In this document: piece after piece, positions 37,121-46,550 of the stretch
Numbering within the stretch: position 1 is the first letter of the stretch
Layout: every line of letters begins with the position of its first letter
Virus record (IMG/VR): IMGVR_UViG_3300050120_000255
Span: 14,491-78,490 of that record
Strand: one strand, 5' to 3'
Length of the DNA: 64,000 nt
Origin: a virus
Translations under genes and position numbers: made by a program
Notes under the pieces: generated by a model
Told to the model about the DNA's origin: nothing
Database searches by the model: none
What the model saw: only the letters and a program-made list of their open reading frames with translations

Positions 37121-37535
37121 GCGGCACGATAATTAGGACATGACGCCAATACTAAACATAATTGTTCAAACAGATTTGTAATTTGGCGAACGGGACAAAT
37201 CGAACTTTTCTGCCCGTTTTGGACGTTTCGCGCGCTTTGGACGATGAAACAAACATGCTCTAACAGTTTTGTTCTTTCCGAAATGGGTTGCCGGATTGAG
37301 GCCGAATCGCCCCCTATATGCTCTGTACCGATCGGTCCACTCTGTACCGATCGGTTTAACACATGACCGCGATGCGATCGATTGGTAATCGAATAGTGGT
37401 ATATTTATCACAGAATTGCACTGAAATAGATTCCCCCTATCATATCCTAATACACAATCGTTTTTACAGATGATCGGAGTCAGATTGAAGCACAAAATTG
37501 GCATTTGTTGGAACGGCGCGGTACGCCATGGCGGC

Positions 37536-37748
37536 ATGAAAACTCGTTATCTTGTCGGGCGTTCGCCTTCGATCGGCTTTCAATGGCCTTGGCGCGGACC
37601 GTGGCATTTCTGGCTATCTTACATGCCTAAATTGTCCGCTCCGTTCCCCTCGCAGATTGACGCGGCGCAAGCGGCGGTTGATTCCGGCCTGGAATTATCC
37701 GAACCTAAGAATCCGAAGGCGAGTCATAGGCATGGGCGCCGACATTGA
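37536..37748 (+). CDS. hypothetical Trp-rich protein
   Basis: ORF of ~70 aa; weak RBS. Confidence 0.35.
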   Translation: MKTRYLVGRSPSIGFQWPWRGPWHFWLSYMPKLSAPFPSQIDAAQAAVDSGLELSEPKNPKASHRHGRRH

Positions 37749-37759
37749 GGAGTCAAACT

Positions 37760-37993
37760 TTGGCCGAAAACGTCGATAACCTAGTGCTAGAGCATCTTCG
37801 TCATATTCGCGCGTCTCAAGATCGCCTTGAAACGCGTATGGATGACCTAACGACTCGCGTCGGGCGAATCGAAACCGGCATAGCGCAATTAGGCGTGACG
37901 CTGGCGGAGCATTCGATCCGCTTCGATCATATCGAGACGCGTATTTCGCGGATCGAAAAGCGCCTGGAATTGTCCGAGGCGCTGCCGAGATAG
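37760..37993 (+). CDS. small coiled-coil protein
   Basis: GAGGAG RBS; NLVLEHLRHIR...RIEKRLEL heptad pattern. Confidence 0.7.
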   Translation: MAENVDNLVLEHLRHIRASQDRLETRMDDLTTRVGRIETGIAQLGVTLAEHSIRFDHIETRISRIEKRLELSEALPR

Positions 37994-38111
37994 ATGTTGC
38001 TGATATGCCACGGGCATTCGGAAACGAGGGGGGAGATTTCAAAACGATTATGCCTTTTGATTTAAAATCTGCTTTTGTTGCGCGGATTTTATCCTTTGAA
38101 AGGAATCTATT

Positions 38112-38498
38112 TTGAATAAATTTTTCTTAGTTTCCGCGTATGCTCTGGCATTGGCCGGATGCGCGACGGCCCCGCCAGTGTTTTGGGTCCGAACGGACGG
38201 CCAAAGAGTCGGCAACAGTCCCGCGCTACAGCAACAAATATCGATTGATAAAACCATATGCGCAGGCGAGTCACAAAAAGCGAATCTATCTGCGGGGACA
38301 AATTATCTCGGCGGCTTTGCGGGCGGATTCGAGGCCGTTCGCCGCGATCAAGCTGCCGGGGAGGTCACTAAAGGTTGCATGGCCGAAAAAGGCTATCTCT
38401 TAGTTCAAGCGGATCAAGCGGAACAAACTTCCGAAGCTTTTGCGGCCACGCAAAAGGATAGGCCGAGGCCGCCCAACCCCACCGCACCCCAACACTAG
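38112..38498 (+). CDS. lipoprotein
   Basis: Lipobox LAGC; GCMAEKGY; AAGGA RBS. Confidence 0.75.
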   Translation: MNKFFLVSAYALALAGCATAPPVFWVRTDGQRVGNSPALQQQISIDKTICAGESQKANLSAGTNYLGGFAGGFEAVRRDQAAGEVTKGCMAEKGYLLVQADQAEQTSEAFAATQKDRPRPPNPTAPQH

Positions 38499-39140
38499 GA
38501 CGCTCGCAGGCCGCCGGCAGTAGCCTAAAGCCTCCAATGTACCGCGCGGAACCGATTCGGCCGCCAGACCCCCGTTTCCGCCGGATTCTGACCCTACCCT
38601 TTGGCTCGCTCCGTATCGATTCGTCTGATAGGTCCGATTCCTATCCGATACGTCCGACTTTTTCCGCCGCGCCCTATCAGTTCGCCGCGATCATCAATCC
38701 CAATTGAGCCATTGCCCCCGTTCAATGCGCCCGCGTCTCCCTTGCGTCCTAATCGTCACGCCTTGGCCTGGATGATCTTGTGCGCCCTATTGCCGCCTGG
38801 CCGCTCCTAGCCGCCCCCTAGCCTAACTCCGCCGCTCGATTGGGTTTGATGGAAAGAGACGGACCCCGACCAACGGGGAGCGGGGCTGTCTCCCTTATTC
38901 CTTCAATCCTTAATCTGACGCGGCCTTGCGAACATTTTTGTAATTATTTTCATCAAACAGACGTTCTATCTGTTGACTCCTCTAATAGACGCGCATACTA
39001 AGAAAGCATGGGTAATGGTCGTTCTATACGGGGATCACCTAAAGGTTCCCCCGATAGAACTCCTACCCTCCTTCTAAGTGTCCTCTAGGATTCGCGCGCG
39101 ATATGTAAAGCCACACTAACACCTTAACGAACAGATAAGT

Positions 39141-39492
39141 TTCAATCTAATAGAGCGAGAAACAAAAATGGCAAAGCTTCTAACAATAGACGAAATGGTT
39201 TTATGCCTTCGCGAGATTGACTTCGATCAGGCCGACAGATTTGCCCGAACCTTCGAAACGCTGGCCACTGAGCTAGGGGAGGCAATCGCAACACAGCTTG
39301 GCGTAAGCTGCGGCGAGGGTATTTTCGATGAGGGTGGGGTAATGGTCGCCTTTGCGCCGAAAAACGAAAATGACCCCTGCCCGGCCGCCCTTGAGCCTTT
39401 CGACCAGAGCGCAGATTGGGACTAGCCGTCGCGTCGATCTAACCGATCATCGAACAGATTAGTTCAATCTAATAGAGCGAGAAACAAAAATG
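39141..39492 (+). repeat. 30-bp direct repeat ending in the start codon of two adjacent genes
   Basis: TTCAATCTAATAGAGCGAGAAACAAAAATG at 39141-39170 and 39463-39492. Confidence 0.9.
39168..39425 (+). CDS. acidic hypothetical protein
   Basis: 85 aa following the repeated leader. Confidence 0.65.
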   Translation: MAKLLTIDEMVLCLREIDFDQADRFARTFETLATELGEAIATQLGVSCGEGIFDEGGVMVAFAPKNENDPCPAALEPFDQSADWD

Positions 39493-39747
39493 AACATTTT
39501 CCTTTTGACCGCTGAACACTTCGAAATTCCGGGCCTGATCCAGCGGGCCTTCCATTCGGAGCTCGGCGCGGATGCGGAAGCGGCCGAACTGGTCAACCTC
39601 ATGGTGGGTGACTCGGACGACTCCGAAGTCGGCGAAAAGCCCGCGCCCTCGACTGCGGCGAACTGGGATACCGCGCTGGAATGGCTTCAAGGCATCCACG
39701 GCGCCGCCCATTGCTACGTCGAAGTTTCTTCCTTGGCGGTGCTCTAG
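39490..39747 (+). CDS. acidic hypothetical protein, paralog of 41544-41810
   Basis: AEHF...RAF.SE...EKPA...EWL...HGAAHCYV shared. Confidence 0.7.
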   Translation: MNIFLLTAEHFEIPGLIQRAFHSELGADAEAAELVNLMVGDSDDSEVGEKPAPSTAANWDTALEWLQGIHGAAHCYVEVSSLAVL

Positions 39748-39797
39748 CACTTCAACGAATAGATTAGTTCAATCCATCACATAAGGAATCAGAAAAC

Positions 39798-41096
39798 ATG
39801 AAATTCCAGATTAACGCCAAATGCCTCGCCACCGCCCTCGCCGCCTCTTGCAAGATTGCCGACAAGCGCGGACATTCCCCGGTTTTGACCATGATCAAGG
39901 TCACGGCGCGCGCATCCTGCATCGAGCTTACCGCCACGGATCTTGACGTGTGCCAGACGGTCCGCGTTCCTGCGGACGTCCAGACCCAAGGCGTGACTCT
40001 TCTCCCTGCGCATTCGCTTCTAGCCTTCGTTAAGTCGCTTCCGGTTAGCGGAACGATGCAGCTTGAAACCGTCGAGACGGAAAAGGATTACCACGGCGCT
40101 GCGCAACGTGATGGCGCCGCCCTCCATATGAGCGATGGCAAATGGCGCTTTGCAGGCAAGCACAAAGCGGAATGCTCCGACAGCGAAACGAGCGGCGAAG
40201 CGGCGAAGAAATATTGCGAGCTTGCAAACATCGGTCCGGACTCAAAGGGAGTCGCAACGGTTTCTTGCGGCTCGGCGCGCCTCAACCTGAATTATGGCGC
40301 TATCGGCGATTGGCCGGAGTTTAAAGGCCTTCCTATGGACTGCGCAGCGTTCGAACTTGCCGCGCCTGATTTCCTTAATGCTCTTGACCGGACAACCTTC
40401 GCGATATCGAGCGAAGAAACCCGATACTATTTGAACGGCATTTTTCTACACGTGACCGAAGGTCTTTTACGCCTGGTCGCGACGGACGGTCACAGAATGG
40501 CGATTGCTGATTTACCGGCGCCTGCGATCGAAGGAATGTTTCCCGCTGTCATCGTGCCACGGCTCGCGGTTGAAAACCTGAATCGTTTGCTCAAAAAGGT
40601 AACGGCGCCGGTTCGCGTTGCGATCTCTGGTCCGCAATCGACCTGGACAATCGAAGCGCGCGACGGAACCGTCACAACGTTCGAGACGAAGCATATTGAT
40701 GGAACCTTCCCGGACTATAGCCGAGTTGTTCCCAGCGCAAACGACAAGTTTGCCACGATTGACCGCGCCGCTTTTTCCGACGCCGTTAAGCGGATCTCGT
40801 CGGGATTGCGCGGCTCCCAGTCTCGCGGCTCTGCGTTGAAACTCCTTTTCAGCCAAGGTGAGCTTAAAATTTCGCGCACAAATGCCGATATAGGCAACGC
40901 CTCCGAAAGCCTGCCTTGCGATTTCGACGCGTTCCCTTTGGAAATCGGTTTCAACGCAATGTATCTCGCCGACGCGATCGAAGCGACGGACGGTCAAGAC
41001 GTGCTTTTGTCCTTGTATGATCCCGGATCGCCAACCTTGATTGCCGCCCGTCGCGGCGCCTCTAATCGTTCCGTCCTCATGCCAATGCGCATCTGA
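39798..41096 (+). CDS. dnaN: DNA polymerase III beta sliding clamp, with an insertion
   Basis: ATDLD, FAISSEETRYYLNGI, VATDGHR, IDGTFPDY.RV, IGFNA.YL, VLMPMRI. Confidence 0.95.
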   Translation: MKFQINAKCLATALAASCKIADKRGHSPVLTMIKVTARASCIELTATDLDVCQTVRVPADVQTQGVTLLPAHSLLAFVKSLPVSGTMQLETVETEKDYHGAAQRDGAALHMSDGKWRFAGKHKAECSDSETSGEAAKKYCELANIGPDSKGVATVSCGSARLNLNYGAIGDWPEFKGLPMDCAAFELAAPDFLNALDRTTFAISSEETRYYLNGIFLHVTEGLLRLVATDGHRMAIADLPAPAIEGMFPAVIVPRLAVENLNRLLKKVTAPVRVAISGPQSTWTIEARDGTVTTFETKHIDGTFPDYSRVVPSANDKFATIDRAAFSDAVKRISSGLRGSQSRGSALKLLFSQGELKISRTNADIGNASESLPCDFDAFPLEIGFNAMYLADAIEATDGQDVLLSLYDPGSPTLIAARRGASNRSVLMPMRI

Positions 41097-41173
41097 CAAA
41101 AGCGGCGCGGGATTGCCCCGCGCCTCTTACCCGCCTGCCACCCCTTTCCATCGAACGCATGAGGCTTCAGACC

Positions 41174-41473
41174 ATGGCAACTTATACCGGAAAAATCACA
41201 ACGACTCGCCTGGGCAAATCGAACGGCCGCGAGGTCTTGATTATCGACTTTCGGAAAACCCCCTCTAAGCCGTTTGAGGCGGCAAGCCTTAAAGGCATCA
41301 TCGAAGCGATTGCGGCCTTCGCGAAAGAGCTTGAAGCCGAGCCGGAAGCCTACAAAACATCGGTTAGCCTCGCGAGAGGCGTCCGCGCCCCGGCCGGGTT
41401 CAATGCCCTCAATGCGCAATATTCCGGCGAGCTTAGCCTCAACATCAACGCGCATTTGGCGCCGGAATGGTAA
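41174..41473 (+). CDS. hypothetical protein
   Basis: GAGG RBS. Confidence 0.6.
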   Translation: MATYTGKITTTRLGKSNGREVLIIDFRKTPSKPFEAASLKGIIEAIAAFAKELEAEPEAYKTSVSLARGVRAPAGFNALNAQYSGELSLNINAHLAPEW

Positions 41474-41543
41474 GCGCGGTTTGTTTTCCTGCCAATTCTA
41501 ATTTTCCAATCCGTTCAACACTCTATCACATGGGACTATAGAC

Positions 41544-41810
41544 ATGACTAAGCAAGAGGTTTGGATTTTAGAAGCCGAGCATTTCAACATAGATGGGCGC
41601 ATCGCGCGCGCGTTCGGCTCCGAGGCTGCCGCAAATCGCGAAGCTGTGAAGTTAATCAATGGACTGCTCGACGAAACAGATTGCAGCGAAAAACCCGCGC
41701 ATACGACCGACGATGAGGAATCCATGAGCGCAACCGCCGAATGGTTGGAGAACTATCACGGCGCAGCGCATTGCTACGTGCGGGTGGTCTCGGCACAAAT
41801 CGAGGCATGA
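41544..41810 (+). CDS. acidic hypothetical protein, paralog of 39490-39747
   Basis: Shared motifs as above. Confidence 0.7.
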   Translation: MTKQEVWILEAEHFNIDGRIARAFGSEAAANREAVKLINGLLDETDCSEKPAHTTDDEESMSATAEWLENYHGAAHCYVRVVSAQIEA

Positions 41811-41870
41811 CTATTCACAGAACGGCGTCCGCGCCGTCTCCGCACTCTATCACATGAGGTAGCAGACAAC

Positions 41871-43826
41871 ATGACATCATTCACCGCCACGTACAGCCCG
41901 GAAGACAACAAGCTTCGCCTTTACGCAAGCACTCGCCTCGACGCTGAAACCTATGCGCGCGTCAAGGCCGCTGGATTCAAATGGGCGCCGAAGCAAGATT
42001 TGTTTGTTGCGCCGATGTGGACTCCCAGCCGTGACGATTTGCTAACCGAGCTGGCCGGAGAAATCGAAGACGAAGACAAAAGCCTTATCGAGCGCGCGAC
42101 CGAGCGCGCGGACCGCTTCGACGATTACAGCGACAGCCGCGCGGCCGACGCCGAAAGCGCGCGCAAGGCGGTTTCCACGATCGCGGATCATATCCCCTTT
42201 GGTCAACCTATTCTCATCGGACACCATTCCGAAAAGCGCGCGCGCAAGGATGCGGAGCGCATTGATAGCGGAATGCGCCGCGCCGTGAAGATGTGGGAAA
42301 CGTCCGAATATTGGCAGAGCCGCGCCGCTGGCGCCTTAGCCGCCGCGAAATACAAAGAACTGCCAGCGGTCCGCGCGCGCCGGATCAAGACGCTTGAAGC
42401 GGAAATGCGTTCGCATCAGCGCGACGTGGCCCTGGCCACAAAGTTCCTTGCCGCTTGGTCGATCCAAGACCTATCGCTTGACCAGGCGCGTCGGATTGTG
42501 AACGGCGGTGATTGCTGGCTTACGGTTGAACGGAACGAGGCAAACCCATATGGGCGTACCGCCTATGACGTGTTGCGCGAGCAGGAAGACGGTTCAACGT
42601 TTTGGACTGTCGCCCAAGTTGTCGAGGTCGCGTTGCGCGTTTACCCCGCGACGATCGCCCACGCGCAGCGCTGGATTTCCCATTATGAAAACCGGCTGAT
42701 TTACGAAAAGGCGATGCTTGACGAACAAGGCGCAAGCGATTTGATCGCGAAAAAGCCGCGTCCGAAGCAATTGCCGCTTTTGAACTATGAGGCCGAATCC
42801 TTCCTCGTGGCTTGCCTTTATCAAAGGGGTGAATTTGAGACGTTGAAACAGGTCCGGCTTACAGCCGAGCAATACCAATCGATTCCCGACGAAATGCGCG
42901 GAACTCGCGAGATCGAAAAGTCGCACCGCATCCGCGTTGCCCGCATCGAGTTTGACGATGCAGGAAAACTGAAGCGCTGGCCCTCTTTTAAGGCCGCATT
43001 GATGGCGGTTTTCTTGACGGACAGCAAATTCCACCCAAAGCCCGACGCGCCGAAGGCTGAAACGCCAGCGGCGGCCAAGGAACCCGATCGAGACGTTCCC
43101 GCGCCCATGCCCCCACGCGAATTCGTTGCCGCGACGCGCGAGCCGTTAGCCGAAAGCCGCGAGGCATTCCGTGCGATGGCTGCAAGCCTAAAGGCCGGTG
43201 TGTCCGCGCCCGCGCTCACCCCCACGCGCGAATTCGCTGCCGCGACGCGCGAGCCGTTAGCCGAAAGCCGCGAGGCATTCCGCGCGATGGCCGCAAGCCT
43301 AAAGGCCGGTGTGCAAGTTGTTGTGGCGCCGCAACTGTTCCCGACTTCGGAGGACATCGCGGCCGAAATGGTAGAGCTTGCGGAAATCAATCCGGGACAC
43401 CGAGTCCTTGAGCCTTCGGCCGGAACCGGCAACATCATCAAAGCGATGCAAGAAACGTCGCCGGGCCTGAATATTTGGGCGATTGAGACCGTTCCGCGAC
43501 TCGCGTCTGCCTTGAGCCAAAAATTCCCAGACGTTCGAGTCCGTGAGGATGATTTCTTGAGTTGGATTGATCACGGGCTTTTTGACCGCATCGTGATGAA
43601 CCCGCCTTTTGAGAATGGCGCGGATATCAAACATATTCGGTACGCCGCAAGTATGTTGGCGCCTGGCGGCCGATTGGTTGCCTTGTGTGCCAACGGTCCG
43701 CGCCAACAAATCCAATTGAAGCCGCTCGCATCGGAATGGCGCGACCTTCCGGCTGGATCGTTCAAGGCCCCAGGAACCGGCGTAAATGTGGCCATGCTGG
43801 TTATCGATCGGCCGGAGGCTCAATAA
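41871..43826 (+). CDS. DUF3560-domain protein fused to an amino-methyltransferase domain
   Basis: ATYSPEDNKLRLY, GQPILIGHHSEKRARKD; VLEPSAGTG and MNPPF. Confidence 0.85.
   Translation: MTSFTATYSPEDNKLRLYASTRLDAETYARVKAAGFKWAPKQDLFVAPMWTPSRDDLLTELAGEIEDEDKSLIERATERADRFDDYSDSRAADAESARKAVSTIADHIPFGQPILIGHHSEKRARKDAERIDSGMRRAVKMWETSEYWQSRAAGALAAAKYKELPAVRARRIKTLEAEMRSHQRDVALATKFLAAWSIQDLSLDQARRIVNGGDCWLTVERNEANPYGRTAYDVLREQEDGSTFWTVAQVVEVALRVYPATIAHAQRWISHYENRLIYEKAMLDEQGASDLIAKKPRPKQLPLLNYEAESFLVACLYQRGEFETLKQVRLTAEQYQSIPDEMRGTREIEKSHRIRVARIEFDDAGKLKRWPSFKAALMAVFLTDSKFHPKPDAPKAETPAAAKEPDRDVPAPMPPREFVAATREPLAESREAFRAMAASLKAGVSAPALTPTREFAAATREPLAESREAFRAMAASLKAGVQVVVAPQLFPTSEDIAAEMVELAEINPGHRVLEPSAGTGNIIKAMQETSPGLNIWAIETVPRLASALSQKFPDVRVREDDFLSWIDHGLFDRIVMNPPFENGADIKHIRYAASMLAPGGRLVALCANGPRQQIQLKPLASEWRDLPAGSFKAPGTGVNVAMLVIDRPEAQ
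43116..43313 (+). repeat. in-frame 87-bp duplication (period 111 bp)
   Basis: 43116-43202 versus 43227-43313, three T/C differences. Confidence 0.9.
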
Positions 43827-44134
43827 TGGCGAACCTCTCGAAGTCCCAAGCCACCGCGTTAAATGCCGCCGTATTCATAGGAAGCGCTTTTGATTGCCGC
43901 CCCTTTCGCCGTCCAGGCGGCCTGCGCAGTCAGGCTCTAGTGCGTAGAATTATGCGCATGGTGCGGGACGGTCTTTTGACCTATGACACGCCCTGGCCCA
44001 GCGCGACCGAAAAAGGAATCGATGCGCTCAAAGCGCATTATCCGAATCTCGATTATTCAAAAGCCGTCCGGTTCGGGGCGCATTGGAAGGCCTGGAAGGA
44101 AGCGCCCCTCGCCGAAGCGCCGGAGGCGCTTTGA
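43826..44134 (+). CDS. hypothetical protein
   Basis: TAATG-coupled. Confidence 0.6.
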   Translation: MANLSKSQATALNAAVFIGSAFDCRPFRRPGGLRSQALVRRIMRMVRDGLLTYDTPWPSATEKGIDALKAHYPNLDYSKAVRFGAHWKAWKEAPLAEAPEAL

Positions 44135-44454
44135 TGGCGCCGCGCCGGACAAAAAAGGCTGAGGTTCCTACCCTGCCACAAAGTCATTTGATTAAAATAG
44201 ACAGGCTTGGAATGCGCACGGTTGCTTACCTGTCAACATTCGTCGCAACGGCCGCTGGCCGTAACGAATGGCTGCCGCGCGACATCATCGGAAACGATGG
44301 TAAATCACTGGTTATTTACCGCGAGGGCGGGGACTATCACTTTGCGGGGTGGGAGCCGTGGCGAGACGGTCATTTCGGAGGCCGGTACGAAACAATCTTG
44401 GGCGCGCTGGCCTGGTTTGATTGGCTCGAAGCGGAAAACAAGGAGTCGTTCTGA
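44134..44454 (+). CDS. hypothetical protein
   Basis: TGATG-coupled, GGAGG RBS. Confidence 0.6.
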   Translation: MAPRRTKKAEVPTLPQSHLIKIDRLGMRTVAYLSTFVATAAGRNEWLPRDIIGNDGKSLVIYREGGDYHFAGWEPWRDGHFGGRYETILGALAWFDWLEAENKESF

Positions 44455-45551
44455 TGGCGCTCCTTTCCGACAAGACCGAACTCGCCGACATGCTCGCCTA
44501 CGCTGAATCGGTCGGGCGCGGCGACTATGTGCCGCTGTCCCGCGCCGAGCTTGACCAGGCCTTGACCCTGGCGCCCGGCCACGTCAGCGGCGACCGCCGC
44601 GTCAGCGGATCAACCGGGTATTACTGCAACTATGCGAAAGAGGGCGCCCCAAGCCGCTGGTCGCTCGTTGCGATCGGGCCGCACGCCTGGAATATCGGGA
44701 GGCCCATTGCAGAATGGCTCAAGAGCCTGCCCAAGCGCGGCGCGGAAAATTCTGACCGATGGGTCGTTAAACGCTTCTATTCGACCTATGAGCCCGCCAC
44801 GCCAATCTTAGACACAGTTAAAGAGGGTGACTTCGCTTTTGCGAAGCTCCGCGACGGCTCCGGCGTTGTGCTTGCCCTTGTCATAGCCGCCACCGATGGC
44901 AAGCCGGATCTTGTTGACCTTTCCATGTCGGAAAGCCAGCAACGCCGCGCGGCTGATCTTTCGGACAAGTGGCAAGTGATGCCGGAGCGGCAAGAGGAAT
45001 GCGCCAAGATGTTTCAATCGGGACGGACTCGGTTCCCCGATCGGTGGCAGTTTGGTTGCCAGATTGGGCGTCGGCATAGGCGCGACAACCTGGGCGCGAC
45101 GCCATTGAAGAAAAACGAAACGGCTTTCGCGCCGGGCAATTTCGTTTGCGGCCACATGATCGATGCGCCTGCCTATGCAACTCAGCTCGGCAAAGTCTTA
45201 GAGGTGGACAAATCCGGCCGCGTCCTGACCGTCCAAATTGGCGCCGGGGAGATTGTGCCGCGCGGCGCCGCGAAGAAATGGAAGCTGGTAGAGGACAGGA
45301 ACGGCAATTGCGAGTCCCTACTCGCCGATGGCGGCAAGTTCAAGAGCGGGTTCGCCTTCATGCGCGCGCTGCGGAAGCTGCCGGCGGCCAAACCAAGACG
45401 CGCGGCTACTGATACCGCCAAACCGATCGGCGCCGACCCGGTAGCCTTGCGCGTGCGACGGCAAACCCATAAGGAGGCCATTGCGGCGGGCATCCCGCAA
45501 GAAATAGCCCAAAGGTTGGCGAAAGCCGCCTTCGACGCCGCTTCGACGTAG
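44454..45551 (+). CDS. hypothetical protein, paralog of 45692-46414
   Basis: LAYAE...YVP...GYY..YA...W.LVAIGP shared. Confidence 0.7.
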   Translation: MALLSDKTELADMLAYAESVGRGDYVPLSRAELDQALTLAPGHVSGDRRVSGSTGYYCNYAKEGAPSRWSLVAIGPHAWNIGRPIAEWLKSLPKRGAENSDRWVVKRFYSTYEPATPILDTVKEGDFAFAKLRDGSGVVLALVIAATDGKPDLVDLSMSESQQRRAADLSDKWQVMPERQEECAKMFQSGRTRFPDRWQFGCQIGRRHRRDNLGATPLKKNETAFAPGNFVCGHMIDAPAYATQLGKVLEVDKSGRVLTVQIGAGEIVPRGAAKKWKLVEDRNGNCESLLADGGKFKSGFAFMRALRKLPAAKPRRAATDTAKPIGADPVALRVRRQTHKEAIAAGIPQEIAQRLAKAAFDAAST

Positions 45552-45691
45552 CTGATAGAGACCTATCCCCCGATATTCTCCGCCTCAATTGTTAATTTCG
45601 GCTTGGATGGGTACAAAGACCGTGCTATTCCATCCTTATTGCAGATAGGAGCTTATCTAATTTATCCAAATACACATAGGAGACATGGAAA

Positions 45692-46414
45692 ATGGCTGCA
45701 CTATCCAACACAGGGGCTATGGCAAGTTTGCTAGCCTACGCGGAGAAACTCGGCCTTGAGTACGTGCCTATGCGGGCGGAAGCTGTCGAGGCAGCCGCAA
45801 ATGATCCCTTTGCCTACGAGGAAGGGACGTTTATTGAAGATAAACAGCCCCACGCCTCCGGCTATTATAAGAAATATGCTTCCGGCTGGGCGCTCGTTGC
45901 GATCGGCCCGAGCCTTGGCGGTCGCGTGCTGTCTAAGAAGGAATGGCTCCGCGTGCCGAAGGGCGACGGATGGGCGACGCGTGACGAATGGCGCCGCGCC
46001 CTTGTGTCCGACTCGGCTAAGTCCGGCGACATCGTTTATAATGTCGCGCCTAATGGCGTTGTTCGCCTAGCGGAAGCCGTGGAGGTCGATGCGCGCGGCT
46101 ATCCCACGTCCCTATTGCTTCGAGGAGATTTGATAGATCCTCGCGACGTTGACGGCGTATGGGAGAAGGCGCCGGGCCGCGAGGAGGCGGCGCGCTATCT
46201 CTATGACCAAGGGAAAGACTCCTTTATCAATCTTTGGACCTACAAGACGCAGCTCGGCAAGCGGATTCGGTTGCTGAAAGAAGCGAAAATGCTGGATCAC
46301 GAAAGAGATTCCAGGAGAACATTCGACCATCAAAAAGCGCTCGATAAGGAGAACTCGGCTTTCGTCGCCCGCGTCAAACGCGCCAAACTTGAACGCCTGA
46401 AATCTGGCGCATAG
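45692..46414 (+). CDS. hypothetical protein, paralog of 44454-45551
   Basis: Shared N-terminal motifs. Confidence 0.7.
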   Translation: MAALSNTGAMASLLAYAEKLGLEYVPMRAEAVEAAANDPFAYEEGTFIEDKQPHASGYYKKYASGWALVAIGPSLGGRVLSKKEWLRVPKGDGWATRDEWRRALVSDSAKSGDIVYNVAPNGVVRLAEAVEVDARGYPTSLLLRGDLIDPRDVDGVWEKAPGREEAARYLYDQGKDSFINLWTYKTQLGKRIRLLKEAKMLDHERDSRRTFDHQKALDKENSAFVARVKRAKLERLKSGA

Positions 46415-46422
46415 GATCGATC

Positions 46423-46448
46423 GGGGCGCTTCGGCGTCCCTCTCTCTC
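46423..46448 (+). terminator. putative terminator
   Basis: GGGGCGC-TTCG-GCGTCCC followed by a pyrimidine run. Confidence 0.5.
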
Positions 46449-46491
46449 TATTTGAGCCCAAATTATTTAGAACTATTTTGTTAGAAATATA

Positions 46492-46519
46492 TTGACGAAT
46501 AGATAGGACCGTCTATCCT
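46492..46519 (+). promoter_or_regulatory. sigma70-like promoter
   Basis: TTGACG-16-TATCCT with AT-rich upstream; near-twin of 58270-58298. Confidence 0.6.
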
Positions 46520-46550
46520 CTGTTTCAGACGCAACGGAGGACAGAACGAA

